The notes beneath the pieces are model-generated. The model was not told the origin of the DNA. It did not search any database and was given only the letters and a program-made list of their open reading frames with translations. A stretch of 64,000 nucleotides of DNA from Camelus ferus. Taxonomy: Eukaryota. The translations under genes were made by a program, and so were the position numbers. Shown here in pieces: positions 12,300-25,134 of the stretch (position 1 is its first letter; each line of letters opens with the position of its first letter). The stretch covers positions 65,970,001 through 66,034,000 of the forward strand of contig NC_045696.1 in NCBI RefSeq assembly GCF_009834535.1, read 5' to 3'.

Positions 12300-12748
12300 A
12301 AGTTTTGAAAATAGAAATATGCCATTTCCTTTGCTTCCTTGTAGTTAGGCATGACCATGTAACACTTTTCTGAATGATAAGATGCAAAAGGAATTTTCTG
12401 GGCTAGTTTCTAAGGAAGTTATTTTTAAATTTACACTAAACTGTTAGGATGTATTTGTCATTTTATCTCTCAGCTATTCTATTTGTTTGTTTGTTTGTTT
12501 TCCTTCTGGGATAGCAGGTGTGATGCTGGGAGTGAAGCAATCATATTGTGATCATGATAATGAGAGCCACATCCTACTGATAGCCGATCAGGACAGCCTT
12601 CATCTCTGATAACATCTTGAGCAGATGTCTCAGTCCTATCAGCCTCATACTCTGAACTTAATTGATTCTTGAAAGAAGTAACTCCTGTCTGTTACAGCCA
12701 TTGCTAGCTGTTGCTGTTGTTTTTAGCCAATATAATTGTGCCTAATAT
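12300..12748 (+). mobile_element. MLT1-family (MLT1H/I/J-like) MaLR LTR
   Basis: 'cttccttgtagttaggcatgaccatgtaac...gtgtgatgctgggagtgaagcaatcatattgtgatcatga...tgttacagccattg'. Confidence 0.75.
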
Positions 12749-13329
12749 GCCTCCCCCACCATTCAGGCATCAGTAGCATTTCACAGTGAAATGAATGTCA
12801 GAAGTTTCCAAATTTTCTTAGATCAAAGAACTAACTGATGTATCAGAAATTTCTTCATAATGCCTCAGACCAAAGATATACCTAGTAGCTCTGTTTATTA
12901 GCTAGTTAGATTCAAATAAGTTAACAATTGTAATTTATGTGGTATCTGTGTTTTATTCAAATATGTAAAATATTCCAATGCACCCCTGTGAGTGGGATGC
13001 AGTGTCCCAGAGAACTTATGTAAAAAATTTGCGAATCATATTCTGTTCTGCTTTCCTAGAACAGAAAAGTGAATTTGATCATTTTAAGTCTGGTTGCCTA
13101 GCGTGGGGCAGGGGCAAAGGGTCTCAAAGAAACATTTTAGGGCGAGGAAGTGACCTATATCCTGATTATGGTGGTGCTTATACAAGTTTTTAGAAGTAAT
13201 AAAATTAATAATATTGTGAACACGAGTTACTGAAATATAGTTAATGTAAATGAACTAATGGTGCTAGTTAGGTAGGACTGATTACTGAGGAAGATGATAG
13301 CAACTAAAAGGACAACATGTAGAAGCCTA

Positions 13330-13434
13330 AGAATATAAAAATGAATACATGTAAGCATATGCATGGCTGGGACATTGTGCTGTACACCAGAAATTGACAC
13401 ATTTAACTGACTGTACTTCAATTAAAAAAAAAAA
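13330..13434 (+). mobile_element. Very short young L1 3' stub with poly(A)
   Basis: 'gcatggctgggacattgtgctgtacaccagaaattgacacatttaactgactgtacttcaatt' plus A-tail; flanks aagccta / aagtcta look TSD-like. Confidence 0.9.
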
Positions 13435-14034
13435 GTCTACAGTTTACTCAAAGAGAAGGGTACAATGGAGAAACAGCATTAAAGTCAGGGTGTGCATCAC
13501 AGCCGAAGACCTCACAGCCTGAGTCTGGGCAAGAGCTCTGATTGTGTGCAAGGGCTGCCTACGTGCAGCTGCTTTCTTTCTTGGATCAGAAACGGTCCAT
13601 GCACAGCACATTTTGGAACCATGGAGTTTATAATGGGGTCTTGACTGAGGTATCCTACATTCTGCCTAACCACATAGGCGTGTTCTTGATATGTAAACAG
13701 CCCCAATGGCAAAACTTTCTGAGGGGGGTCTCACTAAGACTGGATACAAACCATCAATCTCACTGTTGTAGATTAAATGATGTTGATAAACTTGTGTAAA
13801 CCATCTTCAAACTCCTTGGGATATGTGGTTACAAAGTGACACTGTTAACAATTCTATTTCATGTCTTGATCGAGCATCAGTGCTGTACAGGTACCCCAGT
13901 AACACACCTGAGGCCAGTCCTAGGTCTGCTGGAATTAACCCCTACCGCATGGTAAATAACATTTTAATAAACCAAAAGCAAACAAACAAAAAATTATAAG
14001 CTGTAAATTGCTATCCAAACACATTAACTCAGAT

Positions 14035-14140
14035 GGCAGTACTTGCTTTGCACCATTCCATGGAAGTAGAGAATGGTGACACCATACTAACATTCACAAG
14101 TGTCAGTTAACATAGTACCATGCAAAGCAAGGATTGCCTA
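14035..14140. mobile_element. Miniature Tigger (Tigger8-like) element with both TIRs
   Basis: GGCAGTACTTGCTTTGCA (14035-14052) and TGCAAAGCAAGGATTGCC (14121-14138) are inverted repeats at 16/18; TA follows the right end. Confidence 0.7.
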
Positions 14141-14349
14141 TAGTATAATTTTAAAATAATAAGACTGATTTCTCTAAGTCATGCAATAGAATCAATTCCG
14201 TTTATTTTGATCATATGTTATAGTGAGGTTAAAGGGTTGCTTAAAGTTGCCAAGTTCAAATATTATTGCAGCTTTACCTTCCACTCAGTCTTGAACTGTA
14301 TCTGTTGATAGAGTAGGGGACATAAAGAGTAAGTGGATCAGTTATGGGG

Positions 14350-14560
14350 TTTTTATGATAACCTTTAAGATCTACTCTCTTAGCAACTTTCAAATATACA
14401 ATACAGTATTATTAACTATAGTCACCATGCTGTGCATTACATCCCCATGACTTATTTACCTTATAATTAGACATTTATAGGTTTTGACCATCTTTCCCCA
14501 TTTGGCCCAGTCCTCACCTTTGCCTCTGGCAACCATCAATCTGTTCTCTGTATCTATGTG
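14350..14560 (-). mobile_element. L1MA9/L1MA10-like 3' UTR fragment
   Basis: 'ttaagatctactctcttagcaactttcaaatatacaatacagtattattaactatagtcaccatgctgtgcattacatcccca...ctctggcaaccatcaatctgttctctgtatctatg'. Confidence 0.85.
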
Positions 14561-14707
14561 TCTACATATCTATGTGTTCTATCTCCATATTGACTTCTCA
14601 AATATTCATTTTATCCTCTAAAATTCAGGATAACAGTTTTGTCATGAGGGAGAAAGAAAATGCATGTAAAGCACTGGGCATACGGAGGCATTTCATAATG
14701 ATAATTA

Positions 14708-15555
14708 CGAGGGTGGCTTCATGAGCATGCAACCTAGGCCGTTCACAGGGCCCCAAGCTCAGAAGGGCCCAATGTTCTGCTGTCACTACCTTGAAAGTCT
14801 TAATAAGATGTATGAATTTTGAACCTGTGTTTTGTAAGTGATGTCCTACTGGAAAAATGCAGTATGTGTGTCCTTTTTTTCCATTGACACATAGTATTGG
14901 TGATGCTCTGTAAGCGCAGAATTCTGGTGGACCAAGTTACATGGGAATTCAGCAAGCTGAAGTGCATACAAGACAAGCATGCTATGTTTACAACAGAGAG
15001 TGGCACTGACAGTCCTGAGAAGTCACGCTTTCTAACTGAATCAAAGCTTTTTGAATGAAGGAAGAAGGAAGTTGTGTCCTAAGAAACATGAATGGCCAAG
15101 GAACTCCATCATATCCTTTTCTCACTCATATTACTTCCTTGCATTAGTCAATCACTTGTGCTAAAAATAGTGACATGGAAGGAAAGGGAACAATAGGACA
15201 ACCCACAATTCCTTTGGCTTTCAATCCTTCCTTACTCACAGCACCTGGAAGTAGAGCATATTGACAGAATAGGCAATGTCAAGAAGTGAAATAAAATCAA
15301 TCAAGTAAGCTTTGTACATTTCCATTAAAATTGGTATTGCATAATATAAAAATGTAAAACAAAATGCATACTAATGATTTAAAATGTAAAATTTTCTTTA
15401 CTTACAGTGACATCAAAGTGAAAACACCATGACAAGAGAAAACCGGTGGAAGAAAGGAAGGCAGTTGCTGGTACTTTTAATGACACATTTCCCTTGTTTT
15501 TTGAAAACACATTTTCATTTTGCACTCTGCACCAAAAATTATGTAGCAGGTGTTG
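14708..15555 (+). mobile_element. MER45B-like hAT-Tip100 DNA transposon, both ends present
   Basis: 5' end 'gggtggcttcatgagcatgcaacct...cacagggcccc...ctcagaagggccc'; 3' end 'ttttcattttgcact...aaattatgtagcagg'; 8-bp TSD gataatta / ggtaatta. Confidence 0.85.
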
Positions 15556-16360
15556 GGTAATTAATATTATTGCAGCAAGTGTTCTTAAAATAATAGCAAC
15601 CTCATACTGTAGATGAATAAATACTTGGCTTCTTACAAGTACACAAATTCAATCCATGTATCTTTTATTTATTTCTTAAGGGGAATTGAAAAATGAAATA
15701 TAAAAAGAAATAGTGAATATTGACCCAGCAAAATGTCTGAAAGAAAAACTGCATAAGTAAATGTCAATAGTTTATTTTGTAATGAAACCTGAAAGGTGGG
15801 TACTAGCTTGCAGGTATGTTCTGGGAAATGGAAATCTTGATGATATGATGTTTCCTTAGTGATAGGTCTTTCTTTTCAGACATACTGTCTTTGTAAAGGC
15901 AGAGTTGAAAGATTTGGGTGATGACTATTTCCTCATTCTTCTGGCTTCAACTTTTTCACAGTGCTAATAATTTGGAGGTTGAATATGAAATGGTAGTAAG
16001 GCAACATTAAAAGGAGTTTGAGAAAAACTTACACGAAAGCATGGTTGAAGACAACATTCAATAAATGTCTTTTATATATTGGAGGACACAGATTCTATAT
16101 TTCTACTTCAAATCCCTTTTTTAAAGAACAAAATTAAGAATATTTTGGATATGTTTTTCACTTTTATAAAACACAAATTAATGATCTAGCATGGATAAAT
16201 TTTTTCCCTTATGTGGCAAAAATCTTAGATGTATTAAGTATTGTATCTTCCATATAGGTGTTAGAATCATCAACTTTTTTTCTAATAGAAAATTTATTAT
16301 ATATATATTTTTTAATTTTGAATAATCACTGAGGTTTAATCCTTATGTTACTTTTAAAGC

Positions 16361-16376
16361 ATATATATATATATAC

Positions 16377-16406
<30 letters not shown>
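16361..16406. repeat. Interrupted (TA)n microsatellite
   Basis: Two (AT) runs separated by 'ctttac'. Confidence 0.95.
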
Positions 16407-16407
<1 letters not shown>

Positions 16408-16439
16408 AAACTAGGCATTGGGCTAAGAAACTAGACATG

Positions 16440-16580
16440 GGCATAGTCTAGGGAGAACCTTGGAGACACAGCAGTTCAGCCTTAGAAGGACCATGCAAGA
16501 TCTTGAAACAGGTGGGTGGGTCCAGAGAAAGAGATAGCTTAACATGATATCTTATGACCAAGTCAAAGGAGCTTTTAGAA
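16440..16580 (+). mobile_element. L3/CR1 LINE fragment
   Basis: 'gcagttcagcc...gtccagagaaagag...atatcttatgaccaagtcaaaggagc' loosely follows the CR1/L3 RT 3' region. Confidence 0.4.
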
Positions 16581-16972
16581 AGTGCTCCTCTGAAAATGTG
16601 GAATATACAGGTTTCTGAAAGCTAGCTGAAGTGATCAATTCAAAAGCAAAAGTAACTCAAGATCCAAGAAATAAAATTTCATAAATCCCTAAAAAAAGAT
16701 TGAAAATATGAAGGATTTTTAACTCAGAATTAAGTTCTTTAACGTCATGAAGTTCTTTTTGTGATAGCACTAATTTTCCTTTCAACTGTGAAGAGAGCAA
16801 TGGTAGACTCCTCTAAAAGATGAGGAAATTTTATAATATTATACTTCCTTACTTTTCTAAAAATATTTTCAGAGGAAAAATTACTTAAAGCTTATGATGT
16901 CTTTTTTTGGAGTTACCTAAAACTATTATAAAAATAAGGTCTATTAAAAATAATAATACTCAATACAAAAAC

Positions 16973-17079
16973 AAGTTAATATCATCCAAAAGCACCCTCA
17001 GAGAAACAGCCACAGTAATGTTTGACCACATGTCTGTGCACTAGTCCAGGTAAGTTAACATGTAAATTTGACCATCACA
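16973..17079 (-). mobile_element. MLT2 LTR 5' fragment
   Basis: Minus strand begins TGTGATGGTCAAATTTACATGTTAACTT...GGTCAAACATTA...GAGGGTGCTTTTGGATGATATTAAC, the MLT2 start. Confidence 0.8.
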
Positions 17080-17439
17080 AACGCAAATACCAGAAAAGTA
17101 CAGTAGTACCACTGATTTGAGAATATATAGGTCTGAAGTCAGTAAGTCTGAATTAACTGGAATTTTCAGGACAGCATTATAGAAATGAGGGATATACTCA
17201 GAAAGGGTTTTAAAAGTCTAATTGGGATCTCTTTTCTTATTAAGTTATATATGCCTTTCTTGAGTAAATCTCTATAATGCTGGGGACTAGAGGGCTGGGA
17301 AACTGTGAGTAAATAGTTCCAAGAGCTTTCAGGGGGCTGGAAATTATTCAGATCTCCACCATCCTGAGTGAAGCATCTTTGTTGATTAGTTGAGGAATTC
17401 AGTAAAGACCCCAGATGGGTAAAGACTTCTGAATTATTA

Positions 17440-18195
17440 GTGTAGTGTAGCGAAATTATTCTTTTGGAAGAGGCTACTCTATAACTGCCATGATAAAATT
17501 TAAGACCACAACTCAAAGGTCTCAGACTTAATCTCAAGTAATTTAACTTCCTATCAGAACTATTTTTAAGAAAATAACAAAATTTTGACACTCAACAACG
17601 TGAAATACTCAACGTCCAGTATCTAATGAAAAATTACTAGATATGCCAAGAAGCAGAGAAATGTGGCTCATGGTCAGAAAAAAATGACTCAATTGAAACA
17701 ACACCCCCAGAATAGTAGAAATGATGGAATTAGCAGGCAAGGACTTAATCAGTTACTTTAATTATATTCATACATTACAAGAAAATTATGATGATAATAA
17801 GGAAAGAGAAAAAAAGTTGCACAAAAAAAGAACAAAATTCTAGATCTGAAAAACATGATACCTGAAACCAAAATTTACTGGATTAAATTACTGGTAAATT
17901 AGAATCTACCAAATAAATTTAATGAACTTGAAGGCAGTACAATAGAAGCAAAAATGAAGCACAGAAATAATAAAGACTGATAAAAATGGATATTTTAGGA
18001 AATAGTGGAATGTATTGATAACTGTATTACTGTAAATTGCATAAGCATTGAATTAAAAAGCAGAAAAAGTTAAAATATATTTAAAAAACATACCTATATG
18101 CTTGTTACAAAAATACTTAAATCCATAGATGTAGAGTTAAAGAAAAAAGACTGATAAAGATAGATTATGTAAAAAAAAAAAAAAAGAAGGCAGCT
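17440..18195 (+). mobile_element. Old L1 (L1M) ORF1 to start of ORF2
   Basis: 'aaaattactagatatgccaagaagcagagaaatgtg...atgatggaattagcaggcaaggactt...aatgaacttgaaggcagtacaatagaa' then endonuclease-like 'cctatatgcttgttacaa'. Confidence 0.75.
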
Positions 18196-18816
18196 ACTAT
18201 GGTAGATGGTCTGGTGGTATCTCAAAAATTAAACGTCAAATTACCATATGATGCAACGATTCTACTCCAAGGTATATACTAAAACCAACTGAAAACATGT
18301 ACTCAAATAATTATACATGAATGTTTACAGTAGCATTATTCACAATAGTCAAAAAGTGGAGACAACCCAAATTTCCATTAATCATTGAGTGGATAAAGAC
18401 AACGTATTATACACATACAATGGAATATGGTTTAGTCATTAAAAAGGGACAGAGTACTGATATTGACAACAACGTGAATGAACATCAAAAACATTATGCT
18501 TAGTGGAAGAAGTCAAACACAAACGGTGTATTGTATTTTTTATGTAATCCCATTTATATGAAATATCCAGAATAGGTATATGCTTAGAGACAGAAAGTAG
18601 ATTGATGGTTTCCAGGGGCTAAGGGAAAGTGGAGAGATGGCTTATTGGGCATAAGCTTCTATTTCAGGGTGATTAAAATGATTTTAAACTACATAGAGGT
18701 GGTAGTTGTACATTGTTGGAAATGTACTGAAGGACACTGAATTGTATACTTTGTAAAACAGTTAATTTCATATTACGTGAATTTAGCCTCAATAAAACAA
18801 AAGTAAAAAACAAATT
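18196..18816 (+). mobile_element. L1MB-like 3' end inserted in the older L1
   Basis: ORF2 tail 'MFTVALFTIVKKWRQPKFP', 3' UTR and 'cctcaataaaa'; TSD aagaaggcagct (18184-18195) / aagaaggaggct (18817-18828). Confidence 0.88.
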
Positions 18817-18935
18817 AAGAAGGAGGCTGTCACATTATTATCAGATAAAGTGGACTTCAAATCAGGGAAAATTACAATGGATAAAAGAGTCATCTCATAA
18901 TGATAAATGGATTAATTCATCAAGAAGATACAAAA
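18817..18935 (+). mobile_element. Continuation of the older L1 ORF2 endonuclease
   Basis: 'tatcagataaagtggacttcaaa...ggataaaagagtcatctcataatgataaatggattaattcatcaagaagataca'. Confidence 0.8.
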
Positions 18936-18974
18936 AGGAGTATTATAGGAATGAACAATAAGATACATTATGTT

Positions 18975-19080
18975 TTACTCTGGAAAATAGGCCTAGGATT
19001 AATGGATGTTAGTTACAGGAAGGCAGCTCAATGTGAAGAAGAACATTAATGGAAAATACTTTCAATCAATGAATTAAATG
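18975..19080 (+). mobile_element. L3/CR1 LINE 3' fragment
   Basis: 'ctaggattaatggatgttagttacaggaaggcagctcaatgtgaagaagaac' resembles L3 'ctaggaccaatgggtggaagttacagggaggcag...ctcaatataaggaagaac'. Confidence 0.65.
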
Positions 19081-19084
19081 CAAT

Positions 19085-19290
19085 ATGGCTAAAAGAAAGA
19101 TTATAGCCTCAGGATTGAGTTCAAATCTCAGTTCTGCTATTTAGTAGAATGATGACCTTGTACAATTTACTTAACTGCTCTAATCATCAATTTCTCACCT
19201 ATAAAACATCAATAATGACTTACTTTCCAGTGATGTAAGTATTACATTAAGTTATATATGTAAAACAGATATAGTAGTTCAATGTAATTA
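19085..19290 (+). mobile_element. MIR SINE
   Basis: 'gagttcaaatctcagttctgctatttagtag...tgaccttgtacaatttacttaac...caatttctcacctataaaa'. Confidence 0.8.
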
Positions 19291-19839
19291 TAAGCAACTA
19301 CTGAGAGGTACTGGTGTGAGTGAAACGTACAATACATTTTGTTGGAGAGAGCGTAAGTAATAGGCTTTATATACCCAAAGCAAAGTTGGAGCTGAATCTT
19401 ACAGGTCATTCAGGAATTTCTTTCTTTTGCAATAACAGTGTACAGTATGTTCCATAGTATCTTTCCTACTAAATGAAACCAACAGATCTGAGATCTAAAT
19501 CTAAAAAAAAAAAAAAAAAATCAAAACTAAAAGTTTTAAATGAAATTAAAAGTTAGTTTTGCTTCTCTTTTATTGGTGGAATTTGCCATTTCATGAACAG
19601 CGTTAAAAGACATAAGAAACTGCTCTTTCAACCGTAAGCGATCTTTTTCAAGAAGTAAAAAGGAATGAGATTAATTAATATAGACATAATAAGACACAAT
19701 TTCTAGCTTTTTCTTGTGAAGTCCCTCTTCACTATTGGATAACTTGGAGTCTCCTCATATAAGACTATCCTTATTTTGAATTAAATTGAAATGGGGGACC
19801 ATCGCAGAAAGCAGACAAGTGGGAAGTCCCTGCAACATT

Positions 19840-20470
19840 TTATTATGATCACTCTGGCTATTATGTTGAGAATGGGCTATATTTGAACAAAAATAGATAC
19901 AGGGAAAATAGCTAATGGCCATTGAAGTAATCTAGGCAAGAGGTAATGTTCACTACAATGAGGCTGATACTAGTGCAGGTGGAAAGAAGTGGTCAGTTGC
20001 AAGGTATATTTTGAAGGCAATGACATTTCCTTACAGAATGAATGTAAGGCATGAAATAAGGAATCAATGACATCTCTGATTTTTTTTTTTTGGCCTGACC
20101 AAATGGAGAGATGGAGTTGTTATCAATTAAGTGGAGAACACTGAAGGTAGAGCAAGTTTGGGGCACAGAACCAGCAGTTAACTTGAACAGGTCAAGAGTG
20201 AGACACTATTAATTATCCAGGTGGAGTTGTTGAGGACAGAGTTGGATACACAGTCTGGGCTTGGGAAACAAATTTGGTAATCATCAGCATAAAGTTGGTG
20301 TTCCAATCCACGAGACTAGATGAGACCATCAAGGGAGTAAGTGAAGATAGAAGCTCAAGGACTGAGCCCTGGGTTTGTCCACATTAAACAATCTGGAAAA
20401 GAGGAAGCACCAGCTAAGGACACAGAAAGAATAACCTATGAGCTAGGAAAAAAACCAGAACAGAGAAATA
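19840..20470 (-). mobile_element. L2 LINE ORF2 fragment
   Basis: 'gatcactctggct...gtaatctaggcaagagg...tggcctgaccaaatggagagatggagttg...gtaatcatcagcataaagttggtg...gagactagatgagaccatcaagggag'. Confidence 0.85.
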
Positions 20471-21589
20471 TAAGCATAATCAGGAAATGCATAGTTAATA
20501 TTCTCTTTGGGAACCTTAACAAACTTTTTTGCCATTTTGTAAATATTTTCATTATGAGCAGAGACAAGCATTTTTTGTTTTACAAGACAGAGCATGAACT
20601 ATGGAAGCCAAGACCTTGATTAAAATTGAAAAATCTTACCTATAACCAAACCATGTGATGCTGTCAAATTCTTTATATGTCTTTAACCCTCCATTTTCAT
20701 CTGCAAAGTATAAATAATGGATATGTAAGATGTGCATAAATAAGAAATTTTATTTTTATTATTTGACATAAAATATCCTATCTCTCAATTCTCCTACATG
20801 CTGTGAATAGTTCTAAGGATTCCTTATATTTCAGCTTGTTTGCTGTAGTAGGAAAAATCATGTGGTTAACATGTTCTGTAATTTTTAACACATGTTTAAC
20901 TTCTAGGGGAACTATGCTTTCTCTTTTCATATTTATCAGAAGAAAATATTTTGGTTCTTTCACCCAAAGGCTTGCATTTTTATTTCTTACCTGTTCTGGT
21001 ATATTATAATTTGTACAGTTTGTAACAGGTCTTTCTCTTTTGTTTCAAATGGAAATCAATTATTGTTGTGAAACATTCACAGACCTAGATTTCTAAATTT
21101 CCCAAAGGCTAATTTTACATTAACATTCTGTAAATCATTGACTTTTAATAGCCTTAAAAGACAGCTTCCCTAGAAAGAAAAAAAAATACCAGAGGCAGGA
21201 GATCTGAAATCTTCCTTTTAAATCAATGCCCAGTGTTTTGTTTAACAAAAGATTAGTAGAAACCTATATCCTAGAAGAGTAGATAGTCAAACTCCTTCCC
21301 TTCTCCTCTCTCCACCTCCATGTCTTACATAAACGAAACCAGTATATCTTTCCTTCAAATGTCATATATTAGAGCTTTACCCATCTTTAATGTCTGATAA
21401 AAATACCACTCTTTCTATAAAACTTTCTCATCTCAATCAACTGGAAATCTCTGATTATCACCATTTTATAATTATTTTTATAAGCAGACTTTCTTGGACA
21501 GTTATATTAGCTACTCAAGGATAGAGACTAAGCCTTATGCATACATTTACCTAATATCATTTAAACTTAGCTGTTGCTCAGATATATGT

Positions 21590-23275
21590 GTTGATACAAC
21601 AATAACCAAATACACATTTTTTCCCAATCACTATGGAATATTCACTGAGAAAGACCATATTCTGGGCCACAAAACAAACCTCAACAAATGTAAAATACTT
21701 ATGATTTTTATAGTATGTTCTCTGAAGATAATGGAATCAAAGTAGAAATTGATAACAGAAAGACAATTAGAAAATCCCCGTACTTGGAAATAGCCTAAAT
21801 AATCCATCATTCAACGAAGAGATCTCAAAGGAAATTTAAAAATACATAAAACTAAATAAAAGTGAAAATACAGCATATTAAAATATGTGAAATTCAACTA
21901 AAGCCTTCAATCAGTAATGTAAGTTCCTACTTCAAAAAACAGAAAAAGAATAACAAAATACACCCAAAGCAAAAACAAGGAAGAAATAATAAAGACACAA
22001 GCAAAAATCAATGCAACGGAAAACAGGAAAACAATGGAGAAAAATCAATGAAAAAGAAGCTGGTTCTTTGGGGAAAATATAAAATTGATGAAACTCTACT
22101 AAGATTGACAAAGAAAAAATTGGCAAGGACATAAATTACTAATATCAAAAATGAAACAAAAAACATCTCTACAAATCTTGTGGTCATTCAAAGGATAATA
22201 AAAGAATCCTCCAAATAATTTTGTATTCACAAATCCAGTTTAGAAGAAATGGACACATTCCTCAAAATCCACAAATTACTAAGGCTCAATAAAGATGAAA
22301 TAGTCAACATAAATAATCTTATTACCCTTAAAGAAGCTGAATTTGTAATTTAAAAGCTCTCCAAAAAGAAACCAGACCCATGTATTTCATTGAAGAATTT
22401 TACCAAACATTTAAAGAATTGACACCAATTTTATACATTTCTTTTAGAATATGAAAGTGTAGAGTAGAGAATATTTTCCAACACATTCTACAAAGCTAGT
22501 ATTAACATGATACCAAAAACCAGACGAGGCCAGTACAAAATAAAAGGAAAGAAAGAAGGAAAAAAACTATAGACCAATATCTTCCATGAGTTTAGACATA
22601 AAAACTGTCAACAAAATACTAGAAAACTGAAACCAGAAATGTATAAAAAGAAATACACATTCTTACCAAGTGAAATCTATTCCAGGTATGGAAGACTGCT
22701 TCAACATTTGAAAATAAATCAATTTATTTCACCATCTCACCAAGCTGAAAAAGAAAAATCAAGTGACGTATCAGTTGACAAAGAAAAAGCATTTTATGAA
22801 ATCCAACATTACTTCATGATAAAAACTCTAAGCATGTTAATAATAGAGTGCAATCACCTCAGCCTGAAGAAGAGCATCTACCAAAATTCCCAGCTAGCAT
22901 TATGCATCAAATCTCAAGGAATACTCCCCCTAAAATTCTTTAGAATTATCACATGACTTCAACACAGGTGTAGGATTCATGAGCAACACATAAAAAGCAA
23001 TTATACTTTATACACTAAAAATAAACATGTGGAAATCAAATTTTTAACAAAATACCATTTACAATTACTCCCCAAAATAGAATTCTTAGGTATGAATGTA
23101 ATAAAACATGTAAAGAACTTTTAGCCTAAAAATCACAAAATGTTGATGAAAGAAATCAAAGACCTTCATGGAGTCATGATTTATGGATTCACATTCATGG
23201 ATTGTAACTAAATATTATAATATCAGTCCTCTTTAAATTGTTCCTTAGGTTGAATGCAATTCTGCAACAACAAAA
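21590..23275 (+). mobile_element. L1M ORF2 (endonuclease end to RT), decayed
   Basis: ORF track peptides 'YTFFPNHYGIFTEKDHILGHKTNLNK' and 'DKEKAFYEIQHYFMIKTL' are L1 ORF2p motifs; many frameshifts and stops. Confidence 0.92.
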
Positions 23276-24154
23276 AAAAAGTGTCTAAGACATATCCCAT
23301 GGTTAGTCAATTAATACACCGTATACAGAGATTAACATTTTACATGTATTTACAGGTATACATGTTTCACGATTCAACTCTCTTAATGTCATTAAATCTC
23401 TTCTCCTATTTCACATTGGTTTGTCCTAAAAATTATGTAGTTAGTTTTTGCTGGGTTGAAAGTATTAAACATCATTTGGGATTAAGTAGCCTGTAGATTT
23501 TGACTGATTGCCAATTTATGGCATTAAAAAAATGTTATAGTATTTTCAATGCATAGATTCTGACACTTATTTCTTCAGCTTTTTAACAATATTATGATTA
23601 ACAGAAATGAGAGCGTTGTGAGCACTGAGAAGTCCTTGATTTTATTCTCAGCATCAGATAGCAAATCTTGAGGTCTTTTCCACAGATGTTAAAACCATTT
23701 ATTTTTGAATGTTGAGAATCATGTCTTCTTCTTCTGATCTTTAACTCACAATGATTAAGCAATCTAGATCTTTGAAGTAAAGTAAGTCCAAAAATCTGCC
23801 AATAACATTAAATAAAATTTGAATCTGGGTTTTTTAGGACTACATCTCTTTACTCAGATAAAGATTTACTCCAATTTTTTTTTCCTTTTGTATTTGGTAG
23901 CATTGAAAGTATTATTGATTCTTGGCTTGAATGAGAGAATTGCTCACATTTATCTAATTCAATTTATTCTTACAAATGGCCACAAAACTGAGGTAATCGG
24001 ACATTGAGGCAACATGGAAAAGTTAGTATCATAATAAAGTTATAAATTTATGTGCATTCTTTATCTTCTGTGTAAGTCTGTGAGGTCCTTGATGCCACAC
24101 CTTACATGTGCGACCTCTCTGTATCTAGATCAATGTTTTATTTTGTTCCTCATC

Positions 24155-24670
24155 ATATCAGAGGATACTCTCATACTCAAAATGGTTGAAGCAGATAAGA
24201 TAATTTGTTGTTTCACATAACTAAAAAGTCCAGGGATCAGTTTGGCTTTAAGGAACATTGAATCAAAGATGTCATCAGAATTCTGACTCTGCCCCTCACT
24301 TCTGCTTTCCTGCCTTTGGGCTTCATTCTCAAGGAGATTCTCCCCACAGAGCAGTCTTTGGAAGCTTCACCCATCTTTTCTACAACACTGTAAGCCTGAC
24401 AGAAAGAATGCTCCTCCTTCTAATAAGTCCAGTTAAGTTCCTAAGTTTGAATGATAAGCCTGGTGTGAATCATGTGTTGATCCCTTAGTCATTTACTGCA
24501 GACAACATATATGGTGCTCTGACAGCACACGCATGCATCAAACCCACCTACGTTTACACATGGCGTAGGGCACTCGGGTGTTTTCTTGATGGAAATTGAG
24601 AATCTTTTAGTAGAAAACAGTAAATAGGTGCTGGGCTGGCATAAATAAGATATCCAAACAATACACATCC
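24155..24670 (-). mobile_element. MLT1K/L-like MaLR LTR
   Basis: 'ttcacataactaaaaagtccaggg...tggctttaagga...ctgctttcctgcctttgggcttcattctcaagg...aatcatgtgttgatccctt'. Confidence 0.7.
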
Positions 24671-25134
24671 AACACAAATATCTTAAATGAAGTAATTAAA
24701 GCAATTAAATAATGAAAGTAAAACATGAATTAAAGAATGTCCTTGGGTTTACATTTGAAATTGGAGTTATGCTTCTGGTCCTTTCAAGCCCTGTGTACTT
24801 GACTAAATGACATAAACTCTGTGAACTTTACTTTCTTTGTATTTTTTAAAGATTATTTTAAGTAATAAAAATGTTTAGAATCCACTAACGAGAAAATTGT
24901 GTACAGAAAAAAATCTAAAAGCATTTTAAGGATAGAATAATGTAACAGTTCAGCAGGTTTGTTGGAACTTAACAAATATGAAAATTAACCATAACTTTAT
25001 GCTTTAATAAATGGTGCAAACCTGAATTTAAAAAATTATACCATCTACAATTCCATTGGAAATATAAAGCATTTAAGAAAAATAAACCCCCAAATACGTA
25101 TGAGACCTACATACAAAAAGAAGTTTAAAAATTT

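Noticed and set aside
13480..13850. Unique-looking region with overlapping ORFs, possible processed pseudogene
   Set aside because: No recognisable protein, poly(A) or TSD
17166..17591. 141-aa minus-strand ORF
   Set aside because: Non-ATG start, partly antisense to an old L1, no recognisable homology
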